Shown: positions 30,127-39,490, counted from the first letter of the stretch. The stretch is DNA of 64,000 nt from Candidatus Yanofskybacteria bacterium CG10_big_fil_rev_8_21_14_0_10_36_16 (GCA_002794035.1 PCXQ01000007.1:1785-65784), one strand, 5' to 3'. Translations and numbers: made by a program. The notes: generated by a model from the sequence alone, not told the origin.

Positions 30127-30373
30127 TTCAAATCCTCTCGTCCGCACCAGTAAGGAAATTGCAAGTTTTGAAGATTCGCCTCGCTTCGCTCGGCGGTCAA
30201 AACGTATTGCATTTTGGGCTCAAAAAGGAATTCAAGATTTAGTTTGAGAGTAAGATTTTGACCAACAAACAGCAGAAATGCTGATTTTTAATTTACAATA
30301 TTTTTCTATTGTTTTTAAGGCGTTTAAATGCTAATATCGTTTTAAGTTCCAACATCGGACAAGGAGGTTAGAA

Positions 30374-31042
30374 ATGAAATTAACACTAGTTCTTTTATTA
30401 TTCCTTCCGCTCATAGCACAACAACAGCCAAACTTCTCCAAAGATGATAACCAACAGGCTGAAGAAGCAATTAGAGAACAGCCCTACGATGGACCTTTGG
30501 AAGTGCAGACCTGCAGGACCATCTTTAACTACGAAAAAATGGATTGGCTTGAAAATTATTCTGCAAAACACACAACCACATTGAGTAAACTTGGCATTAC
30601 CCCAACTTCGGTCAACATTTTAAAAACAACAGTTGCAAAGAGGCTAGCGCAAGACCTTGTCAGTCGTATTAAGAACAACCTACCAGTCGAAGAAATATGC
30701 ATGTATTGCATTTGCGGTGATGGTATATGCGCCACGTCCAGCGTGGAATTGCAAAAAATTTATCAAATCGGCGACTTGCTCGACTATATTGTCAAAGAAG
30801 TTCCAGCAGTCAATGAAGGCATACTCTTGGTAGACACCCTTGAACCATGGAAGAAGTCAGTGATTCAAGAGGCTAGCAGTATTAAGACTAAGTGCGAAAC
30901 GGACATGAAGGATATACCGAACCATTGGCCTAAATATAGCCGGGAATGCAAGACACTACTCAAAGCTTTATCTTACGGCATTGAACCATCAGCTCTGAAG
31001 CTAACTGCATCAATGATAGTAAAACTCCGTACTATAAACTAA
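30374..31042 (+). CDS. Secreted Cys-containing orphan protein
   Basis: Signal peptide; AAGGAGG SD; CMYCICGDGIC cluster. Confidence 0.72.
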   Translation: MKLTLVLLLFLPLIAQQQPNFSKDDNQQAEEAIREQPYDGPLEVQTCRTIFNYEKMDWLENYSAKHTTTLSKLGITPTSVNILKTTVAKRLAQDLVSRIKNNLPVEEICMYCICGDGICATSSVELQKIYQIGDLLDYIVKEVPAVNEGILLVDTLEPWKKSVIQEASSIKTKCETDMKDIPNHWPKYSRECKTLLKALSYGIEPSALKLTASMIVKLRTIN

Positions 31043-31254
31043 TAAAAAAAGTAACTACTATCGTCTCGAGTTTGATCGCTCCGCGATAATTTAAATGAGC
31101 GAACTTTAATTCCTTTTTTGAAACTCCAATTGTTGAGCTCAAATTATTTGCCACCAAATAAAAATTATAGATTGTTAATTTTTTTAGTCCAAATAAATTC
31201 AAACTAACTAAAAAATGCTAAACAAAAACCCCGTTGAGGGGTTTTTAAATTTTA

Positions 31255-31740
31255 TTAATCAGTTTTTTGATCACTTATTGTACGAACTGCTTTTTCAAAC
31301 AAATCAGCTGGTGGTCTATATTGCCTATAATCAATTTCACTAAATGGGATTTCATTACAAGCATTATATAATGACATCATTAATTCTATGCCCTGCTCTG
31401 CTATTTCTTTGGCAACATCTTCATCACCGGCAATTTTTTCCATTAAATCAACCGCGAATTCTCTGTTGATTTTTGTAAAAAAATAATCAAGGACAGCATG
31501 TTTAGCAAAACTAATTTGCATGCTAAGTTTGTTCTGATTTTCAAAATCATCATAATATTTAAATATATTTAAAATTTTCTGAGCATTATTTTTTAGCTTC
31601 TTGGCATCATACTCTTCCCCTTCAACTAAAAGAATAAGATCAGTCAGAATCGTCATAGAAGCCAACATCGTCAAATCTCCTAAAAGTAGAAATCTTTCTT
31701 GTTGTTGTCTAATTATATCACCAAAACCACATCCGCCCAT
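31255..31740 (-). CDS. Hypothetical protein
   Basis: 161-aa ORF with AAGGAG SD. Confidence 0.65.
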   Translation of the reverse strand: MGGCGFGDIIRQQQERFLLLGDLTMLASMTILTDLILLVEGEEYDAKKLKNNAQKILNIFKYYDDFENQNKLSMQISFAKHAVLDYFFTKINREFAVDLMEKIAGDEDVAKEIAEQGIELMMSLYNACNEIPFSEIDYRQYRPPADLFEKAVRTISDQKTD

Positions 31741-31875
31741 GATGAATCTCCTTTATTTTATTATTAAAAAACTATCCAAAAGATAGCACAATTAATTATA
31801 ATATCAAACAGTTTTTAAAATTATATGGATTTTGGATTTAAAACATGCTATCTTTCAAAAGTAAACAGAAAATTA

Positions 31876-31949
31876 GGGCCTGTAGCTCAGCTGGTTAGAG
31901 CGCATCGTTGACATCGATGAGGTCAGCCGTTCGAGTCGGCTCAGGCCCA
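31876..31949 (+). tRNA. tRNA-Val(GAC)
   Basis: CATCG-TTGACAT-CGATG anticodon arm; full cloverleaf. Confidence 0.95.
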
Positions 31950-32051
31950 CACTTAAATAATAAAAACAGCCCCGCCTTAGCAGGGTTTTTTAAATTCTTG
32001 TATTTTTAATTATTTCATGCTTTAATTACCACGAATTTTGTTATTTATCAA

Positions 32052-32063
32052 GTTCTTTAACAA
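32052..32063 (+). promoter_or_regulatory. boxA-like element fused to SD
   Basis: GTTCTTTAACAA-GGAG, close to rrn boxA consensus GYTCTTTAACAA. Confidence 0.5.
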
Positions 32064-32075
32064 GGAGATAGCCCA

Positions 32076-33371
32076 ATGAAACAACCCGCAGGTTACTACT
32101 TTATAATTTTATCTTTGGTTTTTTGTTTTTGTGGTTCAGCTTCAGCTAAAACTCACGACTGTGGCACAGCAACTTATAAAAAAGATTTTCTTTATTCTAT
32201 TGATTACAAAATGTGCCTTAATGGAAAAGAATACAAACAAATCGGACTTAATAAATTTGATCTGTTTTTCCAGTACCTTGAGTGCAATCCGAGCGAAAAT
32301 TGTCCTCAAAAATCTAAAGCCAAAAAAGCCCTTAAAGAAATGGGTGACCATGGTTTTAAAATTATAAGACTAATAGGGTCTGATTTTTATACAAAACAAT
32401 TCTACGAAAGATTCTTTGATAAAGATCCCGAGATTCAAAAGCAAAAAAGAGCAAAGCATAAAGCAACCGTTGATGAACTTTTGAATGACTGCGAAAAAAG
32501 CGGTATAGACAAAGTTATTTGGGTGAATGTTTGGAACATTGAGTTGTTGGCTGATCTTGGCGGACACTCTTTGCGTGGAGGCCTAACCGACCCTAATTCC
32601 ATTGGATTCAGACGAGCTATGGAATATGTTAGATTTATGGTTGAAAACTTTAAGGACGATCCCAGGATTGCAGGCTGGGAAGTTCCCGGAAATGAATATG
32701 ATCTTTCTGCTAATCACGATAATAAATATGGAATTCTTCAGTCCAGAAATGAAAAAGAATGCAAAATATTACACGAAGGTCCTGATAAACCCTTGCGTCT
32801 GTGTTTTGATGATCCTTTAAGCATAATGCCTGTGGTTAGAGATCGGAGTAATAATTTCACCTATGATGATTTAGCAAAATACAATCATTTAATGTCTGCA
32901 GTCGTAAGAGAAATTGATAAAAATCACTTAATTATAAGCGGTCACTCAAGTGTAAGAGGCGTAGGAGTTACCGACCAACAACGGGCTGATGATTTTAAAA
33001 AAATACACAGCGGTTTGGAAGTAACAAGTTTCCATTCCTATGAACATTTGTATTTGTTTGATGTTTTTGAAAAATCTACAAAGGAAATGAGTAAACCGGG
33101 AATTGTGGGGGAAATTGGACCCGATGCTTCCGTAAAACCAAGAGATTTAAGCTGGACATCAAAAAGAAACATTGAATATACAAAAAAAATTATAAGAAAA
33201 TTCCTAAAATCAGATTTTTCGATAATGCTTCCTTGGGCTTATGCTGATGACAGAGGAATCGAAGATGAAAGCAACCGAATTTTTTATCTTCGCTATGGTG
33301 ATACAGATACACCACTTAGATTGTTTGAAAAAGCAAATAAACAAATTAGGGCAAGATTAAACAATAATTAA
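32076..33371 (+). CDS. Secreted clan GH-A glycoside hydrolase (GH5 mannanase/cellulase-like)
   Basis: Signal peptide; IAGWEVPGNE acid/base, SFHSY, IVGEIG nucleophile, PWAY. Confidence 0.75.
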   Translation: MKQPAGYYFIILSLVFCFCGSASAKTHDCGTATYKKDFLYSIDYKMCLNGKEYKQIGLNKFDLFFQYLECNPSENCPQKSKAKKALKEMGDHGFKIIRLIGSDFYTKQFYERFFDKDPEIQKQKRAKHKATVDELLNDCEKSGIDKVIWVNVWNIELLADLGGHSLRGGLTDPNSIGFRRAMEYVRFMVENFKDDPRIAGWEVPGNEYDLSANHDNKYGILQSRNEKECKILHEGPDKPLRLCFDDPLSIMPVVRDRSNNFTYDDLAKYNHLMSAVVREIDKNHLIISGHSSVRGVGVTDQQRADDFKKIHSGLEVTSFHSYEHLYLFDVFEKSTKEMSKPGIVGEIGPDASVKPRDLSWTSKRNIEYTKKIIRKFLKSDFSIMLPWAYADDRGIEDESNRIFYLRYGDTDTPLRLFEKANKQIRARLNNN

Positions 33372-33578
33372 TTTAAGCCAATATTATAATTCAAAGCGCC
33401 ATTTCTGGCGCTTTTTTTATCCCTATATCCATCCCGCCAAAGTAGAGTTAGTATGAGGATTTATTATTTTTTATATTACGATTAGACAAAATTATATAAA
33501 TATAGTCAATATTTTTTGATATCGAAATTATGGTTAGGCTGTTCCCAGACATTTAACAATAGAAAAACGAGGTGAAAA

Positions 33579-35222
33579 ATGTTGAAATCAAAGAATCTCT
33601 ACTTGGTTTCGTGTTTTTTATTTATTTGGGTTTCAAGTGTGCTTGGTCAAAATGGCACCTGTTCTCTACCTGAAATTAAAGACAGTAATAGCCTGAGAAT
33701 TCTTTTACCAAGAGATTGGAAAGGAATCAATTATTATCCAGAGAATCACCATTTTTATCACATGCTAAATGATTGGTGGACCGTTGATGAAAAGACTAAC
33801 TTGCCTGTTCATCAAGTAGTAGATAATGACATGGCACTAATGAGAAAAAATGGATTTAATTTTTTGCATCTGTATATTTGGGATAATGTTTGGTTCAGAG
33901 AGCTCAATGATTGGCCCGGCATTGGGTTTAATCCTATTGGCCAAAATCCCTGCCTTTCTAACAATGATCAGTTTCTAGCGCTTGATGATTTTATAACCAA
34001 AGCCAGAAGACACAATTTGTATGTCGGGATAAGTTTCGTAACCAAACCTGTAATAGATAAGTTAAATTCAGGAATCACAGCAGAAGAGGCGGCCAAGCTT
34101 GGCAAAAATTACTATGATTGGACTTCCGTCTTTATTAACAGTCTTGCGCCCAGGCACAGAAACATTTTGCTTTGGGGGTTTATTTATGGATTTGGGCCTT
34201 CGCCTGATGCTGGAGTTGAAAATCCATGGAATGTCTTTTATAAAAACGCCTATGAGCCTTTTTATCAATTAGCCAAAGACACAGCGTTATATCCCGGGTT
34301 AGGACTAGTTGGTGTTAACCTAACAATGCCAAGCAGACAAACAGAAGATGGATCGTTTGTTTGGGATACTAAGCATGCGCAAAAACAGGCTGGAATAATA
34401 ACAGAGATGAATTTGCCTGATCCTGATATATACATGTTACAACTCTACAATGCAAATTCTTTGGATTTAACTAAAGCACTTAAAGAGCTGTCTGAATCTA
34501 AATTAGATGAAAAATCTAAAACTATCCCGTATGAAAAAATATTTGCTATTGAATTTGGGAGTTCCTCTTCATTCGCAGACCCGCCTTATGGAAATAACAT
34601 GGAGGGATTCGGCGATGCCCTGTCGCCGTCATTTGATGCTGAGGGTCACGCACAAAGCATCAGCAATACTCTTTGTGCCTTAGAATCCGTCGGTATTAAT
34701 AAATTGGGATACTGGACACTATATGATGCTTGGAATTTCTGGCAAAAACCCCCTTTTAACTTTGATATAAACACATTCAATTTGGCATGGAATGGCTATT
34801 GGGGTTTATTGCCTCATACACCCAGTACTCAAAATCAATCACCCCCAAAGCCTGCTTTTAAAACTCTCTCTTCGTTTTATAAGACCAAAAGTTTGCATTG
34901 CGAAGTCCCTCCTGAACCTATTGTAAAACTACAGCTTCACAAACAAACAGTCTTGCTCGACGACATTCAAAAAGTGACACTTGCATGGACTGCGGCCGAA
35001 GCTAGAAATTTAGTTTTAAAAAATGGCAATAAAGAAATACCCCTCCATGGAACTGCGGGTCGTATTGAATTAGAAATCAGTTTAAAATCCGGAGAAGAAA
35101 GGATTATAACCTTAGTTGCTAATAATTTTAACAATAATGAAACTATTGTTTCTAAAACATCTGTTACGATAAAATACAAACAAACAGAAACGCCTATGAG
35201 ATCACGGTCTAACCAACGCTAA
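33579..35222 (+). CDS. Secreted clan GH-A-like glycoside hydrolase with C-terminal Ig-like domain
   Basis: Signal peptide; KGINYYP, GFNFLHLYIW, FAIEFG, YWTLYD, WGL...PKPA; canonical acid/base NE not evident. Confidence 0.6.
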   Translation: MLKSKNLYLVSCFLFIWVSSVLGQNGTCSLPEIKDSNSLRILLPRDWKGINYYPENHHFYHMLNDWWTVDEKTNLPVHQVVDNDMALMRKNGFNFLHLYIWDNVWFRELNDWPGIGFNPIGQNPCLSNNDQFLALDDFITKARRHNLYVGISFVTKPVIDKLNSGITAEEAAKLGKNYYDWTSVFINSLAPRHRNILLWGFIYGFGPSPDAGVENPWNVFYKNAYEPFYQLAKDTALYPGLGLVGVNLTMPSRQTEDGSFVWDTKHAQKQAGIITEMNLPDPDIYMLQLYNANSLDLTKALKELSESKLDEKSKTIPYEKIFAIEFGSSSSFADPPYGNNMEGFGDALSPSFDAEGHAQSISNTLCALESVGINKLGYWTLYDAWNFWQKPPFNFDINTFNLAWNGYWGLLPHTPSTQNQSPPKPAFKTLSSFYKTKSLHCEVPPEPIVKLQLHKQTVLLDDIQKVTLAWTAAEARNLVLKNGNKEIPLHGTAGRIELEISLKSGEERIITLVANNFNNNETIVSKTSVTIKYKQTETPMRSRSNQR

Positions 35223-35255
35223 AGCTAAAAACCCCGCCTTGACGAGGTTTTTGTC

Positions 35256-35281
35256 CCCACACTCATTGCATGAGTGTGGGG
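35256..35281. repeat. CCCCACAC...GTGTGGGG palindromic element just 3' of tRNA-Phe
   Basis: CCCCACACTCAT-TGC-ATGAGTGTGGGG. Confidence 0.6.
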
Positions 35282-35294
35282 ATTTATTTAGCAG

Positions 35295-35368
35295 TGCCGC
35301 GGGTCAGATTCGAACTGACGACACAAGGCTCTTCAGGCCTCTGCTCTAACCAACTGAGCTACCGCGGC
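35295..35368 (-). tRNA. tRNA-Phe(GAA)
   Basis: GAGGC-CTGAAGA-GCCTT anticodon arm; full cloverleaf. Confidence 0.95.
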
Positions 35369-35524
35369 ATAAACACATATTAACATTTTAGGGTTAAATT
35401 TCAATACTTTTGGGCTTTTATTGTAAACCCATCAAAGTTATCAACAGAGTTATCTACAAAACCTGAACCCCTTTGTTATAATTAACATATATACTGTAAT
35501 ACCAACCAAATCACTTATCAACAA

Positions 35525-36193
35525 ATGCGAAAAGACAAAGAAATAGCCTTTCAATTAAGGCGTTCTGGTAAAAGTTACAAACAAATAAGCTTTGAACTTG
35601 GAGTACCACCAAGCACTCTTTCAAATTGGTTCAAAAATGAACCTTGGTCTACAGAAATAAGAGACAGTCTGGCATCCACTGAATCACTCGCCTACCCCGA
35701 AAAACTAAAAAGAGTAGTTTCTGCAATCAAAAACAAACATGCTAAACTTAATGAATTTTATAAAAAAGAAGCTTCTGTTGAATTTACAGAACTTAAAAAA
35801 AATCCTCTTTTTATGGCAGGCATAATGCTCTATTGGAGTGAAGGAGGTAAATCAACAAAAAACAGTGTATTGCGTTTTACCAACAGTGATCCTGACATGG
35901 TAAGATTATATTGTCTTTTTTTAAAAAAAATATTAAAGCTACCCAAACATAAAATAGCTACAAGATTGCTTTTATACCCTGACTCAACTGACGAACCACA
36001 AAAAAGATTCTGGAGTAGGATTATTGACATGCCCTTAGAAAATTTTAGAAAATCTATTTATATAAAGGGCAAACAGCCAAAAAACAGAAAATCTTATGGT
36101 GTTTGCAGTGTTGAAGTTTATAACCGAAAACTCATTGAAAAAATGCTAAAATGGATTGAGTTAAGTAGACAACACTTATTAAATAAATTATAA
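35525..36193 (+). CDS. HTH plus LAGLIDADG-like domain protein between tRNA-Phe and tRNA-Gly
   Basis: KSYKQISFELGVPPSTLSNWF HTH; LYWSEGGK...FTNSDP. Confidence 0.72.
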   Translation: MRKDKEIAFQLRRSGKSYKQISFELGVPPSTLSNWFKNEPWSTEIRDSLASTESLAYPEKLKRVVSAIKNKHAKLNEFYKKEASVEFTELKKNPLFMAGIMLYWSEGGKSTKNSVLRFTNSDPDMVRLYCLFLKKILKLPKHKIATRLLLYPDSTDEPQKRFWSRIIDMPLENFRKSIYIKGKQPKNRKSYGVCSVEVYNRKLIEKMLKWIELSRQHLLNKL

Positions 36194-36204
36194 TCAACCT
36201 TATT

Positions 36205-36275
36205 GCGGGTATGGTATAGTGGTATTACGCGACCTTGCCAAGGTCGAGAGAGGGGTTCAATTCCCCTTACCCGCT
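36205..36275 (+). tRNA. tRNA-Gly(GCC)
   Basis: CGACC-TTGCCAA-GGTCG anticodon arm; discriminator U. Confidence 0.95.
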
Positions 36276-36335
36276 CATAGAAATTTAAATTTGCATTTCA
36301 TGATTTGGTGTTGAAATCATGATTTGTGTTAAAAA

Positions 36336-36689
36336 ATGTCTAAATTAAAACTCATATATCTCTACATTTTTTCATCAGTCGGATTGATTTTGATCATAAT
36401 AGGCGGAGTTAGTTTAATCAACCTAGGTCTCAAAACTTACATTTTTACAAAAGCAGATCAAGACTATTACTACAGAATTCCTGTTGCACAGAAAATCATA
36501 ATTGAAGACGGCGTAGAAAAAGCAGTAGAAAAGGAGCTCACTGAAGAGGAGATTAAAGAGCAAGAAGAGACTGCCAAAGAACAGCGTTCTGCTCAAAGAC
36601 AGCGAGATGCTGCCCAAGCAGTTGCAATGCTCATAGTAGGTATTCCTCTTTATACCTACCACTGGAGACAAGTTAGAAAAAAGGATTAA
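36336..36689 (+). CDS. Two-TM hypothetical protein
   Basis: IYLYIFSSVGL...LIVGIPLYTYHW. Confidence 0.75.
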   Translation: MSKLKLIYLYIFSSVGLILIIIGGVSLINLGLKTYIFTKADQDYYYRIPVAQKIIIEDGVEKAVEKELTEEEIKEQEETAKEQRSAQRQRDAAQAVAMLIVGIPLYTYHWRQVRKKD

Positions 36690-36700
36690 TATTGATTTAA

Positions 36701-37228
36701 ATGTTTTTTACTGCACTGCTCAAAAAAATGCGCCTCAATATTAAGAGAAAATTTGACCATGGAGATTCACTCTATTTGGCTTTAGCTTTCCCAATTTTAT
36801 TTACCTTTATTGCAACTTTTGCGGTATCTCGCGTAATAAGCTACTTCTGGCCTTATATTTATCTTGAGCTTGGACCTGATTTACATGTACACCACTACAC
36901 ATATGGAATTATCATCATGGCGCTTGCAGGATACTTGGCATTAGCTATGAGAACTCCGCGAGGTAAATTTTGGGTTGCCATGTTGCACGGTATCGGTATG
37001 GGGCTAGCAATGGACGAATTTGCCATGTGGCTACACCTCAAAGAAGATGACATCGTTCGCTGGAGCTATGACGGCATCACAGTTACAATAGGCATTTTTC
37101 TGTTTGTATTCACAGTAAGACCGGGAATACTATTATTAAAAAATCTCTGGCCAAAAACATGGAACAAGAAAGCAATTACAATATTGGCAGAAAATCCAAT
37201 ACCAAAAGACCCAAAAATTTCTGAGTAA
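36701..37228 (+). CDS. Integral membrane protein
   Basis: LHVHHYTYG, GLAMDEF motifs; four TM; start may be 36728. Confidence 0.75.
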   Translation: MFFTALLKKMRLNIKRKFDHGDSLYLALAFPILFTFIATFAVSRVISYFWPYIYLELGPDLHVHHYTYGIIIMALAGYLALAMRTPRGKFWVAMLHGIGMGLAMDEFAMWLHLKEDDIVRWSYDGITVTIGIFLFVFTVRPGILLLKNLWPKTWNKKAITILAENPIPKDPKISE

Positions 37229-37277
37229 ACACAACAATTTCGTGCATATATTATTTTGTACATCTATTTTTATTTAA

Positions 37278-37349
37278 CCCCGCCCTTGAAAACCATAGTT
37301 AAAAATAAAAATACCAAAATAATACAAGAGAATATTTTTCAAGGGCGGG
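37278..37349. repeat. Inverted repeat with the same ends as the tRNA-Leu insertion
   Basis: CCCCGCCCTTGAAAA ... TTTTCAAGGGCGGG; left end 14/15 identical to 29996-30010. Confidence 0.7.
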
Positions 37350-37350
37350 A

Positions 37351-37378
37351 TTGACTTTTTATGTCAGTTTGCTATAAT
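37351..37378 (+). promoter_or_regulatory. Sigma70 promoter for 3D-domain gene
   Basis: TTGACT-16 nt-TATAAT with TG. Confidence 0.6.
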
Positions 37379-37510
37379 TAAGATACAATAAAGTAATGGC
37401 CCAACAAGGGTCATATCGAGAAATAGCTTTAAATATAGCTATTTTTTATTGGTTTTATAAGGTTTTTAAGGACTATTTAGCCCTTATATCCATAATAAAA
37501 CCACATAAAA

Positions 37511-38125
37511 ATGAACATAAAATTAAGAATTTTTTCAGGAATTGTTACAATTATTTTACTATTTGTAACTATTGTGCCTAAACAAGCTGATGCCGGATTA
37601 CTTAGTTGGTTTAAAGATGCAATTAAGGGACCCGAGGAGTCAAAAAACACAGCAAGCCATGAAGACGTTTACATGGATCCCGGCATATTATTTGCCTTAA
37701 GGAAAACCACAGAAAAAGAAAACAATAAGCTGGATATGATACAAGGAAATTCACTTATTCAATTCAGCAATCCTTTTGGAGCTGATATATTGCAAAACAC
37801 TGCCTATATCTCTGCAAGCAATACAGTAGTAATAAGAGAACTTACAATTCCTGCGAGTGCTTATTCTTCAACACCAGACCAAACAGATGATTCGCCATTT
37901 ATTACAGCTATGGGAACAACTGTTAGAGATGGAATAATAGCAGCAAATTTTCTTCCATTTGGTACAAAAATTAAAATACCAGATGTTTATGGAGATAAGA
38001 TATTCGTAGTTGAAGATCGCATGAATCGCAGATATTGGCACAAAATAGATATTTGGTTTCCAGATAGACAATCCGCTTTACAGTTCGGTCTTAGAACAGT
38101 AAGAATACAGGTTCTTGAATCATAA
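37511..38125 (+). CDS. Secreted 3D-domain (MltA-like lytic transglycosylase) protein
   Basis: AYSSTPDQTDDSPFITA, VEDRM, IDIW. Confidence 0.88.
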   Translation: MNIKLRIFSGIVTIILLFVTIVPKQADAGLLSWFKDAIKGPEESKNTASHEDVYMDPGILFALRKTTEKENNKLDMIQGNSLIQFSNPFGADILQNTAYISASNTVVIRELTIPASAYSSTPDQTDDSPFITAMGTTVRDGIIAANFLPFGTKIKIPDVYGDKIFVVEDRMNRRYWHKIDIWFPDRQSALQFGLRTVRIQVLES

Positions 38126-38138
38126 AAACAACCACTAT

Positions 38139-38600
38139 CTACACTGCCACTCTGTTTCTGTTTACCAACCTTATTTTTATTTCAAGAAAAACATACATCA
38201 ATAAAGAAGGCACCAGGATATTAGGAACCATAAAATTAGGTAGGGCCACTAAATAAGCGTAAGGATACGGCACCGGCATGGCTCTAAATAAAAATATGAT
38301 AACATTGGCGCCGCCAAAAACAAACAATGCTTGTTTTAATGCTTTTTTATATATCACTCCTAATGTTTCCTTCTTAAAATCTGAAATAAAAGAGCTAAGG
38401 AATCTTAAAAATATAATATAAGGAAATACTTTGATCCATGATATTACTAACAAAAATGAAAAAGGAGGACTAGCAAACATTGTGAAAGTACTTCCACCTG
38501 GTGGCTGATAAGTTTCAATATAAATAATAAATAATATTATAGCCACAATAATAAATATGGCTAAATAACCTCTCAGTACTTTTAATGAATTTGGGATCAT
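38139..38600 (-). CDS. Four-TM hypothetical membrane protein
   Basis: Hydrophobic 153-aa ORF. Confidence 0.6.
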   Translation of the reverse strand: MIPNSLKVLRGYLAIFIIVAIILFIIYIETYQPPGGSTFTMFASPPFSFLLVISWIKVFPYIIFLRFLSSFISDFKKETLGVIYKKALKQALFVFGGANVIIFLFRAMPVPYPYAYLVALPNFMVPNILVPSLLMYVFLEIKIRLVNRNRVAV

Positions 38601-38691
38601 TAATTATATTATAACAAATTTTTAAAAAAATAATAAAAAAAGCCTTATGGAGTTTTGATACCCCATAAGGTCAATATGAGAAAATATTTCT

Positions 38692-39117
38692 CTACTTTTT
38701 AAGCTCAATCATTAATAACCTATACAGCAAATAATGGCGAATCCGGGAGAAAAAACTTAAACTAGATGGCTCATTTTTGGGATTTCGTTCATATATTATG
38801 TTTCGGCAAATTTGAGCAATTTCCTCAGGAAATTTTTGTTCAATTTCCGGAAGTTTTAAATTTTTAATCTGATCAACAACCTCTGACCTTACCCGGTCAG
38901 GAAGAATGGAAACCCTTATGCATTTTCCATTGCAGGGTTCTACTGTAATTTTTCTTGTTGAAAAACGCGGATCATGTGGACCACTCGATAGTTCTTCGTG
39001 GCTATGAACATGAAATTTTCTACCTTCAACAACAATACACCACGATCTATAGCGAGCGACAATACCACCACAACCTCCTGAACCAGGATCTTTGCAATAA
39101 AACAATAGTCCTTTCAT
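38692..39117 (-). CDS. Hypothetical protein with Cys/His cluster
   Basis: AGGAGG SD; TTGACA-17-TATATT promoter at 39161-39189; CKDPGSGGC...CNGKC. Confidence 0.65.
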   Translation of the reverse strand: MKGLLFYCKDPGSGGCGGIVARYRSWCIVVEGRKFHVHSHEELSSGPHDPRFSTRKITVEPCNGKCIRVSILPDRVRSEVVDQIKNLKLPEIEQKFPEEIAQICRNIIYERNPKNEPSSLSFFSRIRHYLLYRLLMIELKK

Positions 39118-39239
39118 TTGGATCCTCCTAATGATTATTTACAAAGTACTACAACTAAACAATATATCACATGTTGTTTAATCTGTCAATATAAACACGC
39201 CCCCTTGGTGGGGCTATTTTTATATAATTACTTAAATTG

Positions 39240-39311
39240 TACCCCCGGAAAGAATTGAACTCTCATCCCTGGTTCCGAAGACCAGTGCTTTATCCGTTAA
39301 GCTACGGGGGC
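39240..39311 (-). tRNA. tRNA-Arg(TCG)
   Basis: CTGGT-CTTCGGA-ACCAG anticodon arm; G1-U72. Confidence 0.92.
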
Positions 39312-39490
39312 TTTAAAAGCTAACTAAACAATACTAAAAAACTTGCCAAAAATCAATATATTTGCTAACATTGTCAAGTAAAATGAAGGGGCTAAACCTT
39401 CGTTTTTTTAATGGATTAATAATTTATTTTTTAAAAATAATACATGATTTAATTGACAAAATAATTTAATTATGTTAATATATAAGCACT

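Larger units (their letters stand above)
29928..30149 (+). pseudogene. tRNA-Leu(GAG) interrupted in its T-loop by a 131-bp insertion (pseudogene or intron-like split tRNA)
   Basis: 5' part 29928-29995 (GCGGACG...) and 3' part 30131-30149 (...CGTCCGC-A-CCA) rejoin into a perfect tRNA. Confidence 0.85.

Noticed and set aside
30150-35290. Possible prophage or integrative island between tRNAs
   Set aside because: No integrase, phage structural genes or bounding att repeat seen; genes appear as independent units.
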